DNA of 64,000 nucleotides from Patescibacteria group bacterium. Its GTDB lineage: Bacteria > Patescibacteriota > Microgenomatia > Levybacterales > UBA12049. Location of the stretch: positions 15,430 through 79,429 of the forward strand of contig JBBTVD010000009.1 in assembly GCA_038063415.1 (NCBI GenBank). Reading direction: 5' to 3'. Below the pieces are notes generated by a model. It worked only from the letters and a program-made list of their open reading frames with translations. It had not been told where the DNA came from and ran no database searches. Below are positions 56,034 through 64,000 of the stretch, one piece after another (position 1 is the stretch's first letter; every line of letters begins with the position of its first letter). The translations under genes were made by a program, and so were the position numbers.

Positions 56034-59000
56034 CTAGGTAGCACTTGGGAGTGGTTCCCTCTTTTTTGCTTTTAGTTCTAGTGCCCCATCGCCAATCTGC
56101 AGAGACTCAAGTTCGTTGGTAGGAGGTAAAAGACGGTTTATGGTAGCGGTCATTTTAGGACTAAAGCCAACGAGACCTTCTTCAATCTTTCCTCGGAATA
56201 ATCCAGCAAATTTTGCCAGTCCGCGAAAATTGATAGTGTGATCTTCAACTCTTAAACTGTTTCCTTCGTTTGCAAGAGTTATTGTAAAGGTTGCTTGTCC
56301 AAAGGAAGAATTTACTACCCCTTGTACAACAAATTGCTTCTGTCCAGTTGGTGTATCGACTATTTCCCCTGTTAGCTCTCTAAGTTTGCCCATTGGCAAT
56401 TTTTTCTGTACCTCTGGTTTGGCTAATTCGATTATGGTATCAGGTGTAATTCCAACCTGGAGATCAGGGGTGTTCTCCTCGTCAGTTTCATTTTTAAAAG
56501 CGAGATTCAACGGGATTTTTCCAAATGTCGTATCCATTGCGGTTTCTACGATAAATTGTTTTTTTCCATCTGGTGTCTCCTGGATTCCCCCTGATACATC
56601 TGCCAGTGTCCGAATTGGAAAACGAGTCTTTTGCCAATACGGCATTGTTTCTATTTTATGACGGGCTTTTTGGGTAATGCTTTCAAAGAGTATATCTTGT
56701 GCAATTGTTGCTTGGATATCAGAGCCTGATCTTTCTGGAGAATCTTCATTGGGATCCGCTGTCGGGAGTTCAGGTTGTCCTGTTCGTCTGGCTTTAAGCT
56801 CTAGTACCCCATCTCTAATCTGTAATGAGTCAAGTTCACCAACAGGTAATTGACGGTTTATCGTAGCTGTTACTATTTTATCAAAATTTTCTACATATTT
56901 TTCTATCTTACTTTCAGCTATCTTTTGAACCCGCTTTACTTTACCAATGCCAGTATAGTCAATAATCCTGTCGACAACTTTTAGACCTTTGCCTTCATTC
57001 TCAAAGGTGAGATCAAAAAAAGCTCCTCCAAAGGAAGTGGCAACTCTTCCTTTAAGAAGAAACTGTTTGCTTCCCTCAGGGGTATCGGTTATTTCTCCTG
57101 TTAGTTCTTGTATAGCACCTATTGGCAGAGGGTATTGCTTGACCAGATTACATAACACATCTGGTGGTAAAGTAGCTTGTATAATAGGCTGTTGCTCTGC
57201 TTGGTCTCTTTCTACAACAGCAAGCGCAAAAGAAGTTTCTCCGAATGGTGCTCCTAAGGCTCCTTCTACGACAAGTTCTGGTTTTCCACTTTGGCCATCA
57301 CGAATGTTTTCCGTAAGCTCTTTTAATGAATAACCATAGGGCAAGCGTACAAACTTTTTAGCAAGAGAGGATACCATGTCTGGTCTAATTGCAACTTCTA
57401 TCGTATGTTCTTGTGGTCTTCTCGCTTCACGTTCTGATGACGTTTCGTCTGCGGCATCTCTGTTTACTCTTTCCAAAAGGGGTTCTCCCCTGTTTTGAGC
57501 TGGAGAAGGTTGTGTTTCTTCCGTTACATCTGCAGGAGAAGAATGAGTTTGTAATCCTTCTGGTGTTTGGATAATCACTTTGGAATGTCCTCCATGGTGT
57601 ATCGTTGCATCATCACCTCTCGTTGTATGAAGAATATTTATGATAAGATCGTTCTCGGTCGCCGTTGCTATGCCAATAGGTGGTGCAAATATTCGAGGAT
57701 CTCTTTCTCTCTTAATAAATTGTTGTTCAGAAAGACGTAAGTCACCCGCTGATGGTTCTCCCTGATATATCTCTCCAAGCGACAGGTGATGTGTATGTAT
57801 TAGTGCTGTGGGTGCTCCTCCTTCATCCCCCGGCCAGTATGATTGCAAGAATCCTGCAAGATTTAATTTTCTTGCTAATTCTCGGGCTTTTTCTTCTCGT
57901 ATTTCTGCACGTATCATTACGTCTCCAATTCGAGGTTCTTTAAAATCAGAAGCCGGTGCTGCAAATCCGGCGATAAAGATATCGTTGTTATTATCCCTTC
58001 GTACCCTTATTCCCTGAAGAGAAAATGCTAATTCCCGGTTACGATCATTGGAAGCTTCTGCATAGCGTTGTATCATTGCTCTCGCGACGTTTGAAATGAC
58101 AAATACAGGTTGGTTTTGAGGGAAATCTGGCTCCCTTGCCATACTTTCTGTTTGAGCAGTGAGTTGTTTATACAAGGGTAACATATCCACCTGATCCTTT
58201 TTAATTTCTCCTGTTTGATAATCAACCATACGTTCCGCTATTTCCCTTGCAATAACATCTGATGACAATATGTCTTCTCCAGCTCTAATAGCTGTGGCTT
58301 CATGAGGTTGCAGACGTCTATTTAAAACCGCAGAAGCTTCCATCATTCTTTGATGTGAACTTTCATCACTACCTAAGGGATCAGATTCAGGAGAAGTAAG
58401 TTCAGGGGTAGAAGTTTGCCTTGTCTCAGGAGGCGTTGGCTCTGGTTGGTCAACTTGTTCATGTTCTCTCTGGCGGAGAGAAGGTTCTTGAAGTTTTTTA
58501 GCAAGCTTATCAAAGCCACTAATACTTGCTTGATCGGTTATCGGATTCTCTACTTCAGTAACAATTTCGGGTGCCAGTCTTCTGCGTTGGTCTGGAGATT
58601 GTGAAAGAATACTTCTTGCATCAATGTCTGCTTGAATTACTCTTACGATATCCAGATGTCCAAATGTCCGTTGGAAAAAGGGGGTAAGTCTTTTCAGGCG
58701 AGAAAGAGCTTGATCTCGATTTACCACTCCGTTTTGATCAAATTCAGCAAGGAAGTTCTGTGCAAAGTCTTCATAGAGTGCTTCTTTCTCTAAATATTGG
58801 TCATAAAATTGGTTAATTTGGTTTAGTTCAAGCGTATTTTCTACAGGCACACCACTTGCTGTTAACGTAGCTTTTACTGCTTGTTGTGTTTTTTCATCTG
58901 CTCCATCAAACCATGTTTTAAATCCTCGTCTCCAGTTTGTGTATTTCTCCTCGTCTGTTCCCTCTTTGGTGGCATCATACGCTTGGCGGTCCTCCCAGGC

Positions 59001-59240
59001 AACCTGAGCAACAAAGCGTGAAGGAAGTTGAGATGTTTTCATTTCTGGTATTTCAGAAATAAAGCCATTTCTTTCAGCAGGGGTAATTGTTTGTTTTGGA
59101 TTACTGAGACGAGGATCTCGAGAGCTCATCAAAAATCGTGCTGTCTCAGGAGAGATACCTTGCGATTTTTCTTTCTCTGGTATACGAACGTTTTTTGCCC
59201 ATTCAGCAGGTCTACGGATACTTTCAAGGACAGCTACCAT
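56034..59240 (-). CDS. Large hypothetical protein with a JAB/MPN-like motif and four C-terminal internal repeats
   Basis: RELAFSL...IHTHH.........PSAGD; repeated EL...I.D.P.G..Q..V.G.....FG unit. Confidence 0.7.
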   Translation of the reverse strand: MVAVLESIRRPAEWAKNVRIPEKEKSQGISPETARFLMSSRDPRLSNPKQTITPAERNGFISEIPEMKTSQLPSRFVAQVAWEDRQAYDATKEGTDEEKYTNWRRGFKTWFDGADEKTQQAVKATLTASGVPVENTLELNQINQFYDQYLEKEALYEDFAQNFLAEFDQNGVVNRDQALSRLKRLTPFFQRTFGHLDIVRVIQADIDARSILSQSPDQRRRLAPEIVTEVENPITDQASISGFDKLAKKLQEPSLRQREHEQVDQPEPTPPETRQTSTPELTSPESDPLGSDESSHQRMMEASAVLNRRLQPHEATAIRAGEDILSSDVIAREIAERMVDYQTGEIKKDQVDMLPLYKQLTAQTESMAREPDFPQNQPVFVISNVARAMIQRYAEASNDRNRELAFSLQGIRVRRDNNNDIFIAGFAAPASDFKEPRIGDVMIRAEIREEKARELARKLNLAGFLQSYWPGDEGGAPTALIHTHHLSLGEIYQGEPSAGDLRLSEQQFIKRERDPRIFAPPIGIATATENDLIINILHTTRGDDATIHHGGHSKVIIQTPEGLQTHSSPADVTEETQPSPAQNRGEPLLERVNRDAADETSSEREARRPQEHTIEVAIRPDMVSSLAKKFVRLPYGYSLKELTENIRDGQSGKPELVVEGALGAPFGETSFALAVVERDQAEQQPIIQATLPPDVLCNLVKQYPLPIGAIQELTGEITDTPEGSKQFLLKGRVATSFGGAFFDLTFENEGKGLKVVDRIIDYTGIGKVKRVQKIAESKIEKYVENFDKIVTATINRQLPVGELDSLQIRDGVLELKARRTGQPELPTADPNEDSPERSGSDIQATIAQDILFESITQKARHKIETMPYWQKTRFPIRTLADVSGGIQETPDGKKQFIVETAMDTTFGKIPLNLAFKNETDEENTPDLQVGITPDTIIELAKPEVQKKLPMGKLRELTGEIVDTPTGQKQFVVQGVVNSSFGQATFTITLANEGNSLRVEDHTINFRGLAKFAGLFRGKIEEGLVGFSPKMTATINRLLPPTNELESLQIGDGALELKAKKREPLPSAT

Positions 59241-59354
59241 ACTACTGCAGTATACCATGCCAGAACGAGAGAAGAATTTCAAGCCTTGCTCTGTTTCTCT
59301 AGAAGCAGCCTCCTGTCTTATGGCTGAGTTTGTGTTGCAGTTGGTATGGATTTT

Positions 59355-59852
59355 TCAAAAAGCTGTACCGATGTTTCTAATAATAGCTGCATGTTCTTGT
59401 ATCAGTTTTGGATCAACTTTTCTTTCTAGAACATCTGCGACAAATCCTACTACATCAGATTTCCCATTAAGGTATTTTGCATAAAAGGCTTTTGCGTCCA
59501 TTGCATCATCAATGCCAATTTCTTTAAGAAAAACATGGGTGTTATCTGGACGACTATCTTGTCGATAGTGAGCCAAAATCGCATCAAATTGTGTATCCCA
59601 TTCATCATGGGTGAGGGTTGCTTGTGCTTCTCGTTCTTTCTATGATTTTTTTGCATACCGTTCTTGTACGTCTTGGTCAATAGCCTTTGCTCCTTCAGAG
59701 CCAATCTTGCCGATCAAGCCTCTCTGTTCATCTTCTAACTTTGCAGTACCTTCTGTCTGTCCCGTAAGCAGTCTGAATTGGCGTGCTTCGTCTCCTTGCC
59801 CCAAGAGTTCTGGAGAGCTAGCTGTTTCGTGAGAAGTTGCTTGTTCTGTCAT
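59355..59852 (-). pseudogene. Hypothetical gene interrupted by an in-frame TAG (59640-59642)
   Basis: ORFs 59640-59852 and 59355-59576 share a frame and the sequence between them is open. Confidence 0.55.
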
Positions 59853-59939
59853 GTTTGTACCGTAGTCTATCAAAAAGTACAAAAGAATACTTTATATTTT
59901 CATTTTAGCACGATGACAAAGAAGAAAAAAAGAGCTTAT

Positions 59940-61274
59940 TTACTCATAAAACTTTTTATGTTTTACTTTCTCTGGTAGAAAAGATTGTTCCTCTTTGGGC
60001 CCTACATACTTATCTGACCAGGTATATTCTTTAGCATAGCCCAGGTTCTTCATTAACTTCGTTGGAGCATTGCGGAGGTGCAACGGTATGGGTTCATTTG
60101 GGAATTCATAGACTGCTTGCTTGGCTCTGCCGAGTGCATTGGTTACTGCTCGAGACTTCTTGGCACTTGCGAGATAGACAACCACATGAGCGAGAGTGAG
60201 TTGTGCCTCAGGCATACCGATTTTGGTTACAGCTTCAAATGCCTGGTTTGCTTGAATAAGAGCTCCCCTGTCTGCCATGCCGATATCCTCTGAAGCAAAG
60301 ATTATCATACGTCTGGCGATAAACTTGGGATCTTCGCCATTTTCAAGCATGCGGGCGAGATAGTAGAGTGCAGCATCGACAGCACTTCCCCGCATCGATT
60401 TGATAAATGCACTGGTGATGTTGTAATGCTCATCTGCTTTTTTATCATAGAGTCCTGCTGATTTGGTCTGAAAGATTTCTTGAATGATTTCCACAGAAAT
60501 AACGTCATTGCGAGACTTCGAAGAAGTCGTGGCAATCTTTTTTGTATGAGATTGCTTCTCTACGCTCGCAATGACGAGAGCAGTTGTTGCAGCCATCTCA
60601 AGACCGTTGAGCATAATTCGAGCGTCACCCCCAGAGAGTCGGATAAGTAATTCTTTTGCATCAGGGGTGATGGTTTTTTTGTACTTCCCTATCCCCCGCT
60701 CTTTGTCGACAAGTGCCCGATCAATAATCTTGCCAAGGTTCGTAGGTGTAAGACTCTGGAGGACAAAAACCCGACAGCGAGAAAGAAGCGCACTAATCAC
60801 TTCAAAGGAAGGATTTTCAGTAGTCGCTCCAATGAGGATAAGGGTACCATTCTCTACATATGGCAAGAGTGTATCTTGTTGCGCTTTATTCCAGCGATGA
60901 ATTTCATCAAGGAAGAGAATAGTCATTCTGACTTGTCCAGCATCTTTTCTTGATTCTGGAGTCCTCACTTTGTTCGTCCCCAGAATGACGTTTGCTTTTG
61001 TTGCTCTTTTGTTCTCCTCCGCCTCGCGAATAATCTTCATCAGATCTGCTTTGCCTGTCTCAACAGCTGAGAGATGATGAAAATCGGCTCGTGCTGCCTG
61101 TGCAATCAGATTTGCGAGTGTTGTTTTGCCACTTCCTGGTGGTCCCCAAAAGATCATTGATGAGATGTTTCCCGTCTCAAGCATCTTTTGCAGCAGTTTA
61201 TTTTTGCCGACGAGATGCTCCTGTCCGATGTATTCTTCGAGTGTCTGTGGCCGCATTCGGTACGCGAGGTTCAT
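59940..61274 (-). CDS. rarA: Replication-associated recombination protein A (MgsA) with two in-frame repeat inserts
   Basis: MRP.TL, GPPGSGKTT, DEIHRWNKAQQD, GATTENP, SAFIKSMRGS and HLRNAPT. Confidence 0.96.
   Translation of the reverse strand: MNLAYRMRPQTLEEYIGQEHLVGKNKLLQKMLETGNISSMIFWGPPGSGKTTLANLIAQAARADFHHLSAVETGKADLMKIIREAEENKRATKANVILGTNKVRTPESRKDAGQVRMTILFLDEIHRWNKAQQDTLLPYVENGTLILIGATTENPSFEVISALLSRCRVFVLQSLTPTNLGKIIDRALVDKERGIGKYKKTITPDAKELLIRLSGGDARIMLNGLEMAATTALVIASVEKQSHTKKIATTSSKSRNDVISVEIIQEIFQTKSAGLYDKKADEHYNITSAFIKSMRGSAVDAALYYLARMLENGEDPKFIARRMIIFASEDIGMADRGALIQANQAFEAVTKIGMPEAQLTLAHVVVYLASAKKSRAVTNALGRAKQAVYEFPNEPIPLHLRNAPTKLMKNLGYAKEYTWSDKYVGPKEEQSFLPEKVKHKKFYE
60503..60576. 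repeat. Palindromic element in-frame in rarA (VIASVEKQSHTKKIATTSSKSRND)
   Basis: CGTCATTGCGAG...CTCGCAATGACG; same subfamily as 36944-37021. Confidence 0.88.
60922..60989. repeat. Palindromic element in-frame in rarA (VILGTNKVRTPESRKDAGQVRMT)
   Basis: GTCATTCTG...CAGAATGAC; 60952-60994 is identical to 63603-63645. Confidence 0.9.
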
Positions 61275-61304
61275 AGCGAGGTTATTGTAGCACAGATAAA
61301 TTTT

Positions 61305-62327
61305 TTAGTGATTAAGATCGATCTTTTCCTTATAGACTAAGATTGTTTGAAAGTTTGGTAGGTTAATCAACGTAGTTTTTACTAATTCATGGTTTTTATT
61401 TTTTATTTTCTCCCATTGTTTAGGGGAGAAAATTCTTGTTGTATAGGAATTGTCATCTTCCTCAAGAACCCCTACTCCCATCCAAAATTTAACAATTGCA
61501 TTTTTATTGGTTCCAATAGCGATAGCATTGGGAACAACTGTCGTAAAAACGACTATTTTATCTTCTCCTCGGACGAATTGAGCTCTTTTTGACATTCCTA
61601 CTTCAGCATCGTGGTAGATTGGTCCCATAGCGATAATGTGTTCTTTCTCTGCCTCTGATATTTCTGTTAAATCTTTTGCCCCCTGCCATTCTATATTTAG
61701 TCGGGATGTTCTCATCATCATATCTTGTCGTTCTTGCGATGTTGTCGGATATGTTTGTTTTAGTCGAATAACAGCTTCCTGTAATTCTTCTTCATACTCT
61801 TTTTTGGAGTACATATCTGCTACTCGTACAATCTCCATCTGTATATTGCTTGGGAAGTATTTGCTGAAATGTTTAAGCAACATCGTAAAAGAGTCGAAAT
61901 ATGCATCGGTATCTTTTTTGGGAGTATTATTCATTCGTTCGATAATGATATCGTCTGACGAGAAGGAAAAGAGTACTCCGGGTTTGTATACCTGTAGAAT
62001 AGGAGCCACATATTGACAGTAATAAGCAATCGAGAAAAATTCAGCCCAATCTACTTGTGGTGCTGCATCCAGACTCCACAGTTTATAGCCACCAAAAGGA
62101 TACGTAAACTGAATTGGTTGATTCTTTGTTATATTTGACCTAAGTGCCGCTCGGACTCTTTTTTGGCTGTCTTCCTCCATTTTCCATTTACGGAATTTTT
62201 TGGAGGTAAGCTTTCTATAAATGAAGCCTTCAACGCCTTCTTTTTGAAGTATTTTTTGATCCTCGTCAGTTAATTGGTATGCTGTCGCTGTTTCTAAAAG
62301 AGATTGTAGGTATGCTGTTGGATTCAT
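61305..62327 (-). CDS. Hypothetical protein resembling the PvcA/IsnA/Dit1 isonitrile-synthase fold
   Basis: PIQFTYPFGGYK...VDWAE......Y...I..VYKPG..FSFSSD spacing recalls PvcA-family motifs; by-eye match only. Confidence 0.5.
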   Translation of the reverse strand: MNPTAYLQSLLETATAYQLTDEDQKILQKEGVEGFIYRKLTSKKFRKWKMEEDSQKRVRAALRSNITKNQPIQFTYPFGGYKLWSLDAAPQVDWAEFFSIAYYCQYVAPILQVYKPGVLFSFSSDDIIIERMNNTPKKDTDAYFDSFTMLLKHFSKYFPSNIQMEIVRVADMYSKKEYEEELQEAVIRLKQTYPTTSQERQDMMMRTSRLNIEWQGAKDLTEISEAEKEHIIAMGPIYHDAEVGMSKRAQFVRGEDKIVVFTTVVPNAIAIGTNKNAIVKFWMGVGVLEEDDNSYTTRIFSPKQWEKIKNKNHELVKTTLINLPNFQTILVYKEKIDLNH

Positions 62328-62331
62328 ATTT

Positions 62332-62406
62332 TGGAGATGCGGGTAGGAATTGAACCTACGTCTTCTGTCTTGCGGACAGACGCCTGAGCCACTCGGCTAC
62401 CACATC
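62332..62406 (-). tRNA. tRNA-Cys(GCA) with atypical anticodon loop (C33) and encoded CCA
   Basis: Acceptor GATGTGG/CCGCATC, U73, CCA; anticodon arm TCTGT-CCGCAAG-ACAGA; T-arm GTAGG-TTCAATT-CCTAC. Confidence 0.85.
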
Positions 62407-62452
62407 GGAGAAATTATAGCATTTTGTTCACCACTAAAGCTATAATGGAGTT

Positions 62453-63322
62453 ATGTTTGGATTTAAACATTTCCGTAAAGGTCTTCTCTTTGCTTTGGTG
62501 GCAGTTTTTTTTGGTTCTATCGTGACGGTAACATTACGATATCTTTTTACCACTGGAGAAAATCCACTGAATATCAGTGCCTGGATACTTCTTCTGGCAG
62601 CCGTCCCGTGGCTTTTCCTTTTTCATAAGCATAACAAAGCTTTTACCAAGCTATCCCTCAAAAATATCTTACTGTTACTTTTTATCGGTATTGCTGGTTC
62701 TGTTGGGGTTAATTACATGCAATCGTTAGCATTAGCCAATACCTCTGCAATCAATTTTGCTTTTCTGTATCGTACGATTATCGTCTTTACCATCATTTTT
62801 GCTTGGCTCTTTTTAAATGAGAAACTCACCTGGCGCAAATGTTTGTTGGTAGTCATTATTCTTGTCGGATCGTACCTGATTACTACGGACGGAAGTACGT
62901 TCTCCTTATCTGCTGGAGATATCTACACCCTCATTATGGCAGCGGCAGCGGCTTTTATCTCAAATATTCTTATTAAGCACACCATGTCCAAAATGCATCC
63001 TGATTTGAGTGGTTCTGTTACTTCTTTGGTTGCTTGTCTTTCTCTTGTGATACTTGCTTATACAAGCAATGTTTTTAGTATCCCACAACATTTCGTTTTC
63101 GTTTGTTTGGCAAGCGTTTGTTATTTTGCCCTTATTATGCTGCGAAATCGTGCCTATGTTCTCTCTACAGCTTCTTTTGTGACGATGATTTTTGGACTAA
63201 CGCCATTGTTTGTTACAATTTTATCGGTCATTTTTTTGCATGAAACGATTGAGTTTATCGAAATTATAGGAGGAATCCTTATCCTTACATCTGCCTTTTT
63301 TGCTGAGAAATATAGAGTCTGA
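62453..63322 (+). CDS. DMT/EamA family transporter
   Basis: Ten TM helices in two EamA repeats (FLNEKL and FLHETI). Confidence 0.9.
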   Translation: MFGFKHFRKGLLFALVAVFFGSIVTVTLRYLFTTGENPLNISAWILLLAAVPWLFLFHKHNKAFTKLSLKNILLLLFIGIAGSVGVNYMQSLALANTSAINFAFLYRTIIVFTIIFAWLFLNEKLTWRKCLLVVIILVGSYLITTDGSTFSLSAGDIYTLIMAAAAAFISNILIKHTMSKMHPDLSGSVTSLVACLSLVILAYTSNVFSIPQHFVFVCLASVCYFALIMLRNRAYVLSTASFVTMIFGLTPLFVTILSVIFLHETIEFIEIIGGILILTSAFFAEKYRV

Positions 63323-63445
63323 GCCTTACGCTTTGTTCTTCTCTATTGCTCGAGTGGTGACAAATAACAGCAGTTGGGTAATAGCAAAGAAAAGTGGCGC
63401 AAAACGAAGTGCTGTTTCGTTTGAAAACATCCATGCTCCAGAGTA

Positions 63446-64000
63446 TTATACTTGACTCGTGGCAAGGGAAAGTAACGTTTGTTCAATAGCAAATCGTGCA
63501 TTAACGTTGGTTGTCTTTATGGTTGTATGTAGCTCTTGGAAAGAACGCAAATATTCCGTCATTCTGGCAAGCGAAGCGCGTCCAGAATCCGTTATCGTTT
63601 GAGATTCTGGAGTCCTCACTTTGTTCGTCCCCAGAATGACGTTTGTTACCATCTCTTCTCGCATAATTCGGATCATACTGGCGATCCACGTGAGTGCTTT
63701 TTCTTTATCTTTTGCAAGGAGCTCTGCCTTTTTGAGCCGTTCCCCGATCGGCATGGTTGGTAGGCGTTCAAAAAACTCTTGAAAATCTTGTCGTTTTTTA
63801 TCAGTGAGCTTTTTTATCACCTCTGGAATAACGATCAGCTGACAGCGAGAAAGAATAGTCGGCAAAAAAGCTTCTTTTGAATCTGCGCTCAGTATCAGAT
63901 ACGTATGTTCTGGTGGCTCCTCAAGTACTTTTAGGAGGGCATTTTGTGCTTCACGGGTCAACAGTTGTGCATCATCAAGGACAATTGCTTTTTGTTTGCC
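63446..64000 (-). CDS. holB: DNA polymerase III delta' subunit-like (5' end beyond the window) with an in-frame repeat insert
   Basis: AQNALLKVLEEPP and LPTILSRC. Confidence 0.85.
   Translation of the reverse strand, partial: GKQKAIVLDDAQLLTREAQNALLKVLEEPPEHTYLILSADSKEAFLPTILSRCQLIVIPEVIKKLTDKKRQDFQEFFERLPTMPIGERLKKAELLAKDKEKALTWIASMIRIMREEMVTNVILGTNKVRTPESQTITDSGRASLARMTEYLRSFQELHTTIKTTNVNARFAIEQTLLSLATSQV
63557..63641. repeat. Palindromic element in-frame in holB (VILGTNKVRTPESQTITDSGRASLARMT)
   Basis: CGTCATTCTGG...CCAGAATGACG; shares 43 identical bp with the rarA copy. Confidence 0.9.

Noticed and set aside
56034-59882. Stop-codon reassignment or read-through joining three same-frame ORFs
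   Set aside because: It would need both TAG and TGA read-through, and both act as normal stops in conserved genes here. The large ORF has its own -10 box and ATG, so pseudogenisation is the simpler explanation.
63326-63430. 34-aa minus-strand ORF MFSNETALRFAPLFFAITQLLLFVTTRAIEKNKA
   Set aside because: It may be a small membrane peptide or a gene remnant, but it has no recognisable motif or other support.
1-64000. CRISPR array or cas genes
   Set aside because: The repeats are dispersed hairpins or coding tandem repeats; there is no repeat-spacer periodicity and no cas-like ORF.

Overview
This is a 64-kb, AT-rich, gene-dense bacterial chromosome segment in translation table 11. Gene content and order suggest a Patescibacteria/CPR genome, probably Microgenomates (inference, based on the MBL-like gene before dnaB, the lgt-rluA-lytR_C block, dockerin-like surface proteins and small palindromic repeats). 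Core genes include dnaB, murF, femX-like, maf, pepA, efp, rluA, yebC, xer, pyrE, pyrF, pyrD, argG, folD, gyrA, ppa, gyrB, rarA and holB, plus tRNA-Leu(CAA) and an atypical tRNA-Cys(GCA). Five observations stand out. (1) At 1-4420 a complete histidine-sensing control region (YerC/TrpR-like repressor with two operators on a consensus promoter, then an HHH leader peptide and attenuator) controls no visible His biosynthesis genes. It instead controls a CntK/DapF-like racemase-VanX fusion, a sarcosine-oxidase-like flavoenzyme and a BHMT-like methyltransferase, a candidate salvage route for modified or D-histidine. (2) A family of REP/RPE-like palindromic elements occurs between genes and in-frame inside rarA, holB, pyrF, a DegT gene and pyrD, and a different structured insert lies in folD. 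(3) A non-canonical tRNA-Cys sits 4 nt upstream of a PvcA/isonitrile-synthase-like gene. (4) A GIY-YIG nuclease remnant lies between duplicated tRNA-Leu 5' ends. (5) A candidate 11-6-11 dif site lies near a lone Xer gene where gene orientation converges. All calls come from reading the sequence by eye; no database searches were run.
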